64,000 bases of DNA from Patescibacteria group bacterium (GTDB taxonomy: Bacteria > Patescibacteriota > Microgenomatia > 0-14-0-10-38-17), in NCBI GenBank assembly GCA_050953885.1, contig JBMNNJ010000002.1, positions 124,140-188,139 of the forward strand, in the 5' to 3' direction. Positions 26,224-35,247 of this stretch are shown here, one piece after another. Within the stretch, counting starts at the first letter, position 1. Every line of letters begins with the position of its first letter. Under the pieces are notes generated by a model, which saw nothing but the letters and a program-made list of their open reading frames with translations, had not been told where the DNA came from and made no database searches. The position numbers and the translations under genes were made by a program.

Positions 26224-28560
26224 TTACAGCCTTGCCCGCCGCGCCACCTCCGCTTCCACCAGTGCCCGGTCCCGACCATACTTTAGCCGCGAAAGCTCTT
26301 TAATTTTTTCCGCCAGTTCGGGATTATCCAAGGCTTTTTCCCGACTCATGTCTTTAGTTAAATCAATAGAAAAAGGCCGCACCGGCTCATTATTAACAAT
26401 TGTCTTCACATAAGCGTTAAAGCGCTCGATGTTTAAAAGATCATTCTCACCAAAAACCGGGGCAAACTCATGCTGGAGATAGGAAGCATCGGCCACCCCC
26501 ACCCGAAAAGCGATAAGAGTGCCCACATTGCCAAAAACCGCATTTTTAACCTCTTCTTCCATTTGGCCAATAAACTGGTTGGCGACCGTTAAATTAAGAT
26601 GATATTTACGCGCCTCGGATAAAATTTGGGCAAAATCAGGGGTGGCAAAGTTTTGAAACTCGTCAACATACAAATAAAAATCGCGACGCTGGGATTCGGG
26701 AACATCTTGCCGACTCATCGCGGCAATTAAAATCCGCGGCACCAAAATTAATCCCAAAAAGCTGGAATTTTCCTCACCAATTTTCCCCTTCGCCAAATTA
26801 ATCAATAAAATTTTTCCCTCATCCATTACTTTTCTAAAATCAAAAGCCGACTGGGATTGGCCGATGATATTGCGCATCATCGGATCGGTAACAAAGCGGC
26901 CAAACTTGGAAACAATATAATCCAAGACTTCGCTTTTATGAAAATCTGATGTTTGGGCAATCTGATCTGTCCAGTAGCGACGCACCATCGGATCGCTAAC
27001 CTTTGGTAAAATCTCCTGAACGAAAGAGGCATCGGTTAACGCCCGCACTACCTCCACAAAGCTTGAGCCCGGTTCGGCCATTACGGTGAGCATCGCATTT
27101 CTTATCGCGTGCTCAAACCGCGGCCCAATAATACCGGTTTTATAAGGATCATAGAGCTTATACATCAAATTGATAATTGAGGAAACCACAAAACTTTTTT
27201 CCTCCTCGGTGCGCGCTTCCAGTAAATTTAACCCCATCGGCCGGCTGGTATCGGAGGGATCAAAATAAATCACGTCTTCCGCCCGTTCGGGAGGAATCCG
27301 GGCTAAAACCTGCTCTACCGTATCATGGGGATCAATAAAGCAAACCCCCTTGCCTTCCTCAATATCCTGCAGAATCATCTGCTTTAAAAGCTCCGACTTG
27401 CCCGTACCGGTTTTCCCAATTACATAAATATGGCGCCGCCGATCATCGTCGCCAATACAAACCGGCCGCACCTGCCCCCGGTAAATGCTTTTTCCCAAAT
27501 ACAAACCGGTGGTGGGCACTTCCGGCGGCACCGGGGCGCGCTTGGCATTAAGCCAATAAATGTTCGGCGTTTCAATCGTTTTGTTAGGGAAATGAAAAAT
27601 TGTCGCCAACTCCGCCGTACTTAAAATAATTGGTGTTGTCAAAAGACGCCAGAGAGAACGATAGCGATAAATAAAATCAATCATAAACATTTTCTTAAAA
27701 CGAATTTTTTTGGAGGAAAGGCCATTTTGATCAGAGTCAAATTGGGCAAAAGCGCTTTTAATATTTCCCAAGTGATTTTTTGCCTCTTCCAGTGTCGGCG
27801 CGCAGACCACCACCCGAATCTCGGTTTCAAATCCCGGCTTGCTACACTTTTCCTCAATTTTCTCCATCGCCTTGGGGTCCATTTTAAAACTGGCTTTTTC
27901 CGGGTCGGCTTCTTTTTTCTTGCTTTGGGCCAAAAATTCCCGACCTCGTTTTTGCCACTTGCTGCCTACGGGAGCGGCCAAAATTTGAATTGCCGCCGCC
28001 TCTCCCTCCTTGAGTTTGGAAAGAGCCGAAGTAATTGAGGAAAGGGGATCAAGAGAAAAATCCTGATAAGTTTTAATTGGGTAAAAAGGAGAATTACGAA
28101 ATTGAAAAGCGGCATAAGCCACTTTACCATTTTTGAAAAAAAGATTATATTCATCAACCACGGTAATTATCGCCGTGGGATAAAAAGCGTAAACTTGCCG
28201 CTCTACCAATTCCTGCTTTCCTCGCGGCACACCGATATAAAAACGAATATCCTCCGGCCGACCAACAATTTCCAAAGTAAAATATTCGAGCGGCTTTAAA
28301 AAAGAAAAGCGACCGCCTTTTTTAAGCGAATGCAGGCTTTGAAAAAGCTGTTCGGCGGCGTCAATTTTAATCTCATTATCCTTGGGAAGAGCCACCTGCA
28401 GTAAAACTAAATTTAAAGAGCGTTCTTCCCGGTCGCGCTCCCGCCACCAGCAAAAAAGTAAATACCCCAAAAAGGAAAGCGCCAAAAGGCACAGAATAAT
28501 AATTATGCCCGAAATGAGATAGTGGGTAAGTAGGGAAATAAGATCGTTTAAAGGGGACAT
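26224..28560 (-). CDS. Membrane-anchored FtsK/HerA/TraG-superfamily P-loop ATPase (type IV secretion coupling-protein-like, TraG/TraD/VirD4 or DUF87 type)
   Basis: 778 aa with an N-terminal TM, Walker A IGKTGTGKSELLK and Walker B LYVDEFQNF. The architecture is typical of T4SS-DNA_transf / HerA-like ATPases. The exact family was not resolved. Confidence 0.5.
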   Translation of the reverse strand: MSPLNDLISLLTHYLISGIIIILCLLALSFLGYLLFCWWRERDREERSLNLVLLQVALPKDNEIKIDAAEQLFQSLHSLKKGGRFSFLKPLEYFTLEIVGRPEDIRFYIGVPRGKQELVERQVYAFYPTAIITVVDEYNLFFKNGKVAYAAFQFRNSPFYPIKTYQDFSLDPLSSITSALSKLKEGEAAAIQILAAPVGSKWQKRGREFLAQSKKKEADPEKASFKMDPKAMEKIEEKCSKPGFETEIRVVVCAPTLEEAKNHLGNIKSAFAQFDSDQNGLSSKKIRFKKMFMIDFIYRYRSLWRLLTTPIILSTAELATIFHFPNKTIETPNIYWLNAKRAPVPPEVPTTGLYLGKSIYRGQVRPVCIGDDDRRRHIYVIGKTGTGKSELLKQMILQDIEEGKGVCFIDPHDTVEQVLARIPPERAEDVIYFDPSDTSRPMGLNLLEARTEEEKSFVVSSIINLMYKLYDPYKTGIIGPRFEHAIRNAMLTVMAEPGSSFVEVVRALTDASFVQEILPKVSDPMVRRYWTDQIAQTSDFHKSEVLDYIVSKFGRFVTDPMMRNIIGQSQSAFDFRKVMDEGKILLINLAKGKIGEENSSFLGLILVPRILIAAMSRQDVPESQRRDFYLYVDEFQNFATPDFAQILSEARKYHLNLTVANQFIGQMEEEVKNAVFGNVGTLIAFRVGVADASYLQHEFAPVFGENDLLNIERFNAYVKTIVNNEPVRPFSIDLTKDMSREKALDNPELAEKIKELSRLKYGRDRALVEAEVARRARL

Positions 28561-28584
28561 ATTCGTAATGTAAAAGTCACTCCG

Positions 28585-28860
28585 CCGGCGGGCGGAGCAA
28601 AATTAAAAATCAGTAATTCGTAATATGTAATAAAAAAAGCGCAAAAAGCAAAACGCAAAGAGCAAAACCTAAATCAAAGTTCAAAAATATTTTTAATTTT
28701 TGGTTTTGGTTTTTGAGCTTGGTTTTGCATTTTACTCTTTGCACTTTAATCTTGTTTTCTCACGAGTTACTAACTTTTTACACTTTACTTTTGAATTTTG
28801 ACTTGTAATTTTGATTTAGGTTTTAATCTTTTCCGCCAGCTGGCGGATTGACTTTTCGTT
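28585..28860. repeat. AT-rich palindromic element plus GC palindrome CCGCCAGCTGGCGG (28833-28846)
   Basis: AAAGCAAAACGCAAAGAGCAAAACCTAAATCAAAG … CTTTGCACTTTAATC arms. It includes the TTGAGCTTGGTTTTGCATTTTA segment also found at 62402. Confidence 0.65.
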
Positions 28861-28877
28861 TTACATTAATTTAGCGT

Positions 28878-29261
28878 TTATCCTGTGTGCTTCCCCGCAA
28901 ACCCCACTTTTCCCCCCAAAAGCTTTATTAACCGTTTTGACCATTCCGCCAGCCAGCGCAGGGAATCCTCAATTTTTGCTTCAAGCCCCGCTTGATATTC
29001 TGCCGCTGTTATGGGCAGAATAATCTCTGGCGCTACCGGCGCGGGCGGGGAAACCAAAACTTCGCCGGTTTGATCGTCTAAAACCGGCGTTGGCAAAACA
29101 TACTGTTCCTTTTCTAATTTCTCAATTCCTGTTTCAGGCGCCACTTCTGGTTCCCGACCCACCTCAATAATCGGCACTCTTTCCTCACTAAAGCCATTTT
29201 CTGCCTTTGCTTCCCGCTCTTTACCGGGCAAGCCGGTTATATCATCAGCCATATTCTTCAT
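28878..29261 (-). CDS. Hypothetical acidic protein
   Basis: 127 aa, Glu/Pro-rich, no recognisable domain. Confidence 0.45.
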   Translation of the reverse strand: MKNMADDITGLPGKEREAKAENGFSEERVPIIEVGREPEVAPETGIEKLEKEQYVLPTPVLDDQTGEVLVSPPAPVAPEIILPITAAEYQAGLEAKIEDSLRWLAEWSKRLIKLLGGKVGFAGKHTG

Positions 29262-29417
29262 TATAGCAAAGATGGCGGAAAATTAGTTGTTGGAAAATGG
29301 TAATAGAAATTGGAAATTAGAAATTCCCCCGTCAGGGCGGGGGGTGAAATTAAGAAATTAAAAATTGGGGAAAAAATTTGTTTCATTATTGCGGGCGTAG
29401 GCAATGCGCCCTTGCCT

Positions 29418-29465
29418 CTCATTCGCTCATTCGCGTCCATTCGTTTCTCATTCGCGTTAATTCGC
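29418..29465 (+). repeat. ATTCG-rich 48-bp repeat element (copy c), ~65 bp upstream of the methyltransferase gene
   Basis: TCATTCGCTCATTCGCGTCCATTCGTTTCTCATTCGCGTTAATTCGCG, followed by AATTTAACAATTTAGC. Confidence 0.7.
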
Positions 29466-29528
29466 GTATTTTAGTAATTTAACAATTTAGCTCAAAAACT
29501 TTTTTTATGAGAAAATAGGAAAAAAGCA

Positions 29529-30803
29529 ATGGCAAAAGAAAAACATCAATACTATTTTGTTTTAGGCACCAATCACTCCCTGTGTAAAGCGGATATTGTT
29601 AATGTTCTTGTCCGGGAAAAAGCTAAATTTTCAATTTTGGAGGCTTCGGAGGAAATTTTAATTATCGAAACAAAGGGGAGAATTGACACCGAAAAGCTTA
29701 TCAACACGCTGGGAAGCGCGGTAAAAATAGGCGAGATTTTTAAAAAATACGAGCCAAAAAATTTCCCGGCTCATTTCTTAAAAGAAGTTAACACCGAAAA
29801 ATTCAAAAGTTTTTTCTTAAAAGAGGCTTGCTCCCATTTTGCTATCAGTGTCTACAATGGCGGCGGCGGTTTTAAAAGCCTGAACCAGCTTTGGTTTTCC
29901 TGCCCTAAAATTGCCTCTTACCTTAACCAAAAAACAAAAGTCCGCTATCTGCACTGGCGGGAAAGAAAAATCCCGAGTTTCATTGTGGACCAAAAAAAAC
30001 TTTTAAAAACCGGCTTTGAGCTGATGCTTGCCAATGGCAGACAAAATATTTATGTTGGCAAAACCACCGCTTTGCAGGATTATCAAAGTTATAGTTTCCG
30101 CGACTACCAGCGGCCCCAAAAAGACCCTAAGTCGGGGATGATCCCGCCAAAATTGGCAAAAATAATGATTAATTTGGCCGGCAAGGAGAAAAACCAAACC
30201 TTTTTGGATCCTTTTTGCGGCAGCGGCACTTTTCTTCAGGAGCTAATTCTTTTAGGCTACAAAAACATTATCGGCACCGATAAAAGCCCAAGAGCCATCG
30301 AGGCAACGAAAAAAAATCTTGATTGGCTCTTTAGTCAGTATTCTTTAAATAAAAAAGATTACTCTCTTAAGATTTTTGAAAGTGATGTGCGCACTCTTTC
30401 TTCTAAACTGCCTTCCCAAAGCGTTGACGCTATCGCCAGCGAACCACATTTAGGTTCACCACAGGCAAAATATTTTTCTCCTCAGCAAATAAGGCAGGAA
30501 ATTGACCGCCTTTCTTCTTTTTATCTTAGCGCCTTTGCGGAGTTAAAACCGGTGCTTAAAAAAGACGCCACCATGGTGATTATTTTTCCTGTTTTCAGGC
30601 TTAAAAACCAATTCTTCCAACTTGAGATTTTGGAGAAACTACGCCAATTAGGATTTTTCCCCCAAGATTTTGTGAGCCCAAAGATTCCCGGCGCTAAGCT
30701 TTTAAACTTAAAAATCACTCCTCGCCACTCCCTTATCTTCTTCCACCCCGGCCAAACCATTTCCCGGGAAATTTTTATCTTTAAAACCAGTCATTTGAAA
30801 TAA
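29529..30803 (+). CDS. SAM-dependent methyltransferase (UPF0020/Trm11-RlmL-like, possible THUMP-type RNA methylase) with atypical motif IV
   Basis: Motif I DPFCGSGTFL. Motif IV reads SEPH instead of (D/N)PPY. N-terminal ~160 aa is a possible THUMP-like domain. Confidence 0.55.
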   Translation: MAKEKHQYYFVLGTNHSLCKADIVNVLVREKAKFSILEASEEILIIETKGRIDTEKLINTLGSAVKIGEIFKKYEPKNFPAHFLKEVNTEKFKSFFLKEACSHFAISVYNGGGGFKSLNQLWFSCPKIASYLNQKTKVRYLHWRERKIPSFIVDQKKLLKTGFELMLANGRQNIYVGKTTALQDYQSYSFRDYQRPQKDPKSGMIPPKLAKIMINLAGKEKNQTFLDPFCGSGTFLQELILLGYKNIIGTDKSPRAIEATKKNLDWLFSQYSLNKKDYSLKIFESDVRTLSSKLPSQSVDAIASEPHLGSPQAKYFSPQQIRQEIDRLSSFYLSAFAELKPVLKKDATMVIIFPVFRLKNQFFQLEILEKLRQLGFFPQDFVSPKIPGAKLLNLKITPRHSLIFFHPGQTISREIFIFKTSHLK

Positions 30804-30859
30804 TCGCCGTTAAGTTTTCCCGAGGTTTGAAGCCAATCAACTCCGGGGGTTAAATAGCT

Positions 30860-31378
30860 TCAAACCTCGGGATTTGAGGCTAAAACCGCCCACCAGAAAA
30901 GAAGGGTGGAAAGGCGGTTAAGGTAGGCAAGGCCACGGGGAGAAACCGTTTCTTTTTGGCTCAAGGCCACTAAACTCCGTTCTGCCCGACGGCAAACGGT
31001 GCGGCTAATATTTAAAAGCGTCGCCTCGCGCTTGGTAAAAATCAAAAACTCTTTTATCCGGCCGGCTTCTTTTTCGGCTTTTTCTGTCTCTTTTTCCAAA
31101 AAATCTATTTCTTCCTTATCGATTTCTCCTTCAACACAGCCGGCAATTTGTCCAGAAAGACTACCTAAAGTCTTAATTATTCTTTTAAGAGAAGCCTCTT
31201 TTTCGGGCAAAAAAGAAATCAGTAGTGAAAGCCATGCCTGAAGCTCGTCCAAGTTGCCAATGGCGGCAAAAGGAGGACTGCTTTTAAGAAAACTTTCGCC
31301 GTTTATTTTGGAAAAACCGTTATCACCAGGGTGAGACATGAGAGAACAAATCAAAACGGAAAATAGAAAATTAGCCAA
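30860..31378 (-). CDS. PduO-type ATP:cob(I)alamin adenosyltransferase
   Basis: GDNGFSKI (TKxGDxGxT-like), AIGNLDELQA and NISRTVCRRAER motifs. The likely true start is internal, at MSHPGDNG (~31339). Confidence 0.7.
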   Translation of the reverse strand: MANFLFSVLICSLMSHPGDNGFSKINGESFLKSSPPFAAIGNLDELQAWLSLLISFLPEKEASLKRIIKTLGSLSGQIAGCVEGEIDKEEIDFLEKETEKAEKEAGRIKEFLIFTKREATLLNISRTVCRRAERSLVALSQKETVSPRGLAYLNRLSTLLFWWAVLASNPEV

Positions 31379-31384
31379 AGGTAT

Positions 31385-31432
31385 TTCATTCGCTCATTCG
31401 CGTCCATTCGTTTTTCATTCGCGTTAATTCGC
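31385..31432 (+). repeat. ATTCG-rich 48-bp repeat element (copy d)
   Basis: TTCATTCGCTCATTCGCGTCCATTCGTTTTTCATTCGCGTTAATTCGCG, followed by AGCAATTTAACCGTTTAA. Confidence 0.7.
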
Positions 31433-31469
31433 GTCTTTCAGCAATTTAACCGTTTAATAATTTATTTTT

Positions 31470-34400
31470 CTAACACTTGCTGTATCCGCAATAAAGGCAT
31501 TTATGGCAACCCTCCTCGTAAATTAAGGCTGCCCGGCCACAGGAAGGGCAAAGATCGCGCTTACCGCTCTTGGCAAAAAGCGGCGCCTGCTCGCCAACCG
31601 CCTCCACTACCTCTCCGTCTTTGCCTAAATATTCATTCAAAACTTGAGCAATACCATCGGCCAAAGAACGCACTTTTTTCTTCCCAAAACCAACGCTTTG
31701 GCTACCGCCAATCCCCTCCAGCTGGTCAATCACTTGCGCCAAAACTTCCTGGGGAGAAAAAGAAGAGGCGATGCGCAAATTAAGCGAAATCAGCCGACCA
31801 ATCGCCTCGGCATCGGCGGCAATATCCGAACCGGCCTTACCCACATTAACAAAAACCTCCAAAGGCTGATTATCGCCATTAGCGTTAATCGTCACAAAAG
31901 CGGTTCCCACCGGCGTCTCTACCCGATAAGTTACCCCCACCACCTTGCGCGGCCGTTCTTTAATTAAAGGCAAGGAAACAGTTTTCTTTTCCTCCTCTTT
32001 GCCAACACCGGCATATAAAACCTGTTCGCTCCGGCAACCATCGCGGAAAATGGTAATTCCCAAACAGCCAAGTTTGTAAGCCAAAAGATAAGCTTTTTCC
32101 ACTTCCTCCACTCCCACTTCATGACGTAAATTAACCGTTTTGGAAACGGCATTATCCACTCCTTTTTGAAAAGCCGCCTGCATCCTGATATGGCCCTCGG
32201 GAGAAATTTCGTGGGCGGTGGCAAAAACTTTCTTTAATTTTGGCGGCAAGCTCTTAATTTCTCCCAACACCCCCGCTTCCTCAACTTCTCTGATTTGTTT
32301 GGCGCTCAAGCGATATTTTTTTGCCGCCGCCAAGAAGTAGGGATTAACAAAGGTTAATTCCCGACCGTTAGCCTTATGTTTGAAAGCCAGGGCAAAGGCC
32401 GGCTCAATGCCCGAAGAGGCCCCGGCGATAATGCTAATCGAACCGGTAGGAGCAATGGTTGTTAAGGTAGCGTTGCGCAGGGCCGGCCCGTTTTTGTAAA
32501 TGCTTTTGGAAAAATTTGGAAAGGGGCCGCGCACTTTGGCCAAATTCTGGCTTTCAAGATGCGCCTCGTCATGAATAAAACGCATTAATTTTTCGGCCAA
32601 TTTTTGCGCCTCTCGCGACTCATAGGGAATTTCTAGAAAAAACAGGGCATCGGCCCAACCCATTACCCCCAAGCCGATGCGCCGGTTTAATAGCGTTGCC
32701 TGGCGCACCTCTTCTAAGGGATAAGGATTTGCCTCCACCACGTCATCCAAAAACCGCACCGCCAATCGTACCACACCTCGCAACGCCTCCCAATCAAAAT
32801 CATTCTTTTTCAAGAAATTAACCAAATTAATACTCCCTAAATTACATGACTCGTTAGGATAAAGAGGTTGCTCGCCACAATTATGGATTAAGACCCCATT
32901 GGCAAAAAAGGCATTAGCTCCGGGGACCGAAAGATCATAAACTTTCTCCTTTCGACCCGTTTTCTCTACCAAAAGAACTTTATCTTTAAAATCACGCTGG
33001 TAAACTCCCTGTTTTTTTATCGCTTCTATTTGTTCAGAGTGAACTTTATTCCAAAAGCCAACTTTTTTAATAAAGGTAATTAAGTTTTGCCGGCTAATAT
33101 TAATCTCGAAACAAACCCCATCAGTTAAATAATCCCTCTTTTCCCCTTTAATATTTTGATAAGTAAATGCCCTCCGGGGGGCACGAGAGCGATCATAAAT
33201 CTTGCTAAAAATCCCCAAGTTTAAGAGAAGCAATTGAACTTGCCTTAGCAGTTTTAGTGATTTAGAAGTAAGACGAATATATTTATTACCCTTTTCCTTT
33301 TGATCAGCAATCGTCCCATCCGCGGTAAAAAGACCCTGGAGAAAACCGACCACCGTCTCTTTAGGTGCTCCAAAAATGGCTGCCGGCACTTCTTTTTCGG
33401 CCGCTTTTACCGGCTTTACCCCTAATTTCCTAAAGAAATCTCTTAAATAAGCACTGTGATAAGAAAGATGCCAAACTCCATTTTCTCTTTTAACCAGCTT
33501 GACCTTTCTCCCATACCATTGGTTGATAATTCCCGCTATCTCCTCCATCAAAAGTTTATTTTTCTCTCCAAAAGTAAAGCCAACCCGACCATTATCTTTA
33601 TCATCCCTAAGCCAACCATCACCAACTAGCAACCCTAAAACCAAACCCAACTCATAAGACCATTTTTGGGGGAAATTAAATCTATAAACTCTCCCGTTAT
33701 CACCCTGAACCTCATTTTTAATCTCAAAGGGAAGCTCTTTATTTTCAGAAAAGCCGCCTTCTTGGGCTTGGAGATAAACTTGGTCCTCGCCGGCTTTCAG
33801 CTCGGAAAGTGCCACCCACCCTCGGGGGGTAAAAAATTGGTGGTCAGCAGTCGCCTTAACCACCACCCCTGATTCGGTAACCAGCTGCCAAACCTCTTTT
33901 TCCCCTCTTTCCCAAAAACCGTTCACCGCTTCGTAGGAAAAATCCTTTTTTCCAAGAACTCGATTGTCCACGAACACCGCCACTGGCTCTTTCTTCCGAA
34001 CTATCTGCCCAATGGAAAGCAAACCCCTATCGGTAGCGACTAAGGTTGAACCGACCAAACATGGGTTAGTTGACTCTATCGGTCCCATTTGGGGTACCGG
34101 ATTGGCCGAACCCGCATTCGCCCGATCAATAAAGAAAAGCCCGGGATCGCCCGTTTTCCAAGCCTCTTCAATAATTTTTCCAAAAACCTGCCGCGCCTTA
34201 AGGCTGCCTGCCTTTTTACCAGTATGGGGATCAATTAACGAGTAGTCTTTATCTTCCAAAACTGCTTTCATAAAGCGATCGGTAGCCGCCACGGAAAGGT
34301 TAAAATTGGTAATCCCCCCCTCTTCTTTGCAAACAATAAATTCCAAAATATCGGGATGATCCACCCGTAAAATGCCCATATTCGCCCCCCGGCGCCGGCC

Positions 34401-34922
34401 GCCCTGCTTAATCTCATTGGTGGCCGCATCAAAAACTCGCATAAAAGAAACCGGGCCGGAAGCGACGCCACGGGTAGATTGGACAATGCTCCCTTGGGCG
34501 CGAAGACGCGAAAAAGAAAAACCCGTCCCCCCGCCGGATTTATGAATTAAGGCCGCTTTTTTAACCGCATCGAAAATGCTTTCTAAAGAGTCGTCAACCG
34601 GCAAAACAAAACAAGCCGAATATTGCAAGTGGTCATTACCAACGCCGGCGTTCATTAAGGTTGGTGAGTTGGGAAGAAAATCATGGCGCACAAAAGCCTC
34701 GTAAAAAAGGCGGGTGATTTTTTCAATTTCTTTCTCACTTACCCCAAAATTTTTTTCTATTGAAGCCATTGTTTTGGCCACCCGAAAGCACATTTCGTCC
34801 GGCGTTTCGATCACCTTTCCCTTCTTGTCTTTTCTTAAATAACGCTCGGCCAAAACCTCTTTTGCCTGCTGGCTCCATTTTCCCTTTGGCCACGAAGATA
34901 GTCGCTGGCGATTTTTTGCCAT
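31470..34922 (-). CDS. nrdJ: Class II (adenosylcobalamin-dependent) ribonucleotide reductase NrdJ, interrupted by an intein
   Basis: N-extein FLPNSPTLMNAG…GGGTGFSFSRLR…PIESTNP, intein, then C-extein CGEQPLYPNESCNLGSINL. C-terminal Zn-ribbon CPSCG…CHKCLYCG. 1150 aa in total, with a 756-aa mature enzyme. Confidence 0.85.
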   Translation of the reverse strand: MAKNRQRLSSWPKGKWSQQAKEVLAERYLRKDKKGKVIETPDEMCFRVAKTMASIEKNFGVSEKEIEKITRLFYEAFVRHDFLPNSPTLMNAGVGNDHLQYSACFVLPVDDSLESIFDAVKKAALIHKSGGGTGFSFSRLRAQGSIVQSTRGVASGPVSFMRVFDAATNEIKQGGRRRGANMGILRVDHPDILEFIVCKEEGGITNFNLSVAATDRFMKAVLEDKDYSLIDPHTGKKAGSLKARQVFGKIIEEAWKTGDPGLFFIDRANAGSANPVPQMGPIESTNPCLVGSTLVATDRGLLSIGQIVRKKEPVAVFVDNRVLGKKDFSYEAVNGFWERGEKEVWQLVTESGVVVKATADHQFFTPRGWVALSELKAGEDQVYLQAQEGGFSENKELPFEIKNEVQGDNGRVYRFNFPQKWSYELGLVLGLLVGDGWLRDDKDNGRVGFTFGEKNKLLMEEIAGIINQWYGRKVKLVKRENGVWHLSYHSAYLRDFFRKLGVKPVKAAEKEVPAAIFGAPKETVVGFLQGLFTADGTIADQKEKGNKYIRLTSKSLKLLRQVQLLLLNLGIFSKIYDRSRAPRRAFTYQNIKGEKRDYLTDGVCFEINISRQNLITFIKKVGFWNKVHSEQIEAIKKQGVYQRDFKDKVLLVEKTGRKEKVYDLSVPGANAFFANGVLIHNCGEQPLYPNESCNLGSINLVNFLKKNDFDWEALRGVVRLAVRFLDDVVEANPYPLEEVRQATLLNRRIGLGVMGWADALFFLEIPYESREAQKLAEKLMRFIHDEAHLESQNLAKVRGPFPNFSKSIYKNGPALRNATLTTIAPTGSISIIAGASSGIEPAFALAFKHKANGRELTFVNPYFLAAAKKYRLSAKQIREVEEAGVLGEIKSLPPKLKKVFATAHEISPEGHIRMQAAFQKGVDNAVSKTVNLRHEVGVEEVEKAYLLAYKLGCLGITIFRDGCRSEQVLYAGVGKEEEKKTVSLPLIKERPRKVVGVTYRVETPVGTAFVTINANGDNQPLEVFVNVGKAGSDIAADAEAIGRLISLNLRIASSFSPQEVLAQVIDQLEGIGGSQSVGFGKKKVRSLADGIAQVLNEYLGKDGEVVEAVGEQAPLFAKSGKRDLCPSCGRAALIYEEGCHKCLYCGYSKC
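32880..34061 (-). mobile_element. Intein (394 aa) with LAGLIDADG homing-endonuclease domain, inserted at the NPC|GE active-site loop of NrdJ
   Basis: Block A CLVGSTLVAT (Cys1), block B TADHQF, two dodecapeptide motifs LGLVLGLLVGDGWL and VGFLQGLFTADGTI, C-terminal VLIHN, and a +1 Cys in the extein. Confidence 0.8.
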
Positions 34923-35039
34923 TAATCTCTTTTTTAAAACTAAAAAACTACCAACTAAAAAGAATTAGGACAAGAAGACAACGGGGCAGTTTAATCTTCT
35001 CTTTTATTAAACCCCCAAATGATTAGCGCTGTCAAGGGG

Positions 35040-35235
35040 TATAATAAGATAAGCTCAAATGTTAAAACTCAAAACTCAAATCTACAACTCAAAACTTAAA
35101 ACTTGAAAGACAAAAACAGAATTACAATTTAGAAATACAAATATTAAGCCCTAAAGTTTTTTAGTTTTAAGTTTTAACATGTAGTTTTGAGATTTGCGTT
35201 TTGAGATTTGCGTTTATTTTTCGTGTTAATTCGTG
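35040..35235. repeat. AT-rich palindromic element in the divergent nrdJ / helicase intergenic region
   Basis: CAAATGTTAAAACTCAAAACTCAAATCTACAACTCAAAACTT … AACATGTAGTTTTGAGATTTGCGTTTTGAGATTTGCG, the same architecture as 9021-9236. Confidence 0.65.
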
Positions 35236-35247
35236 TCGTAACTTATC

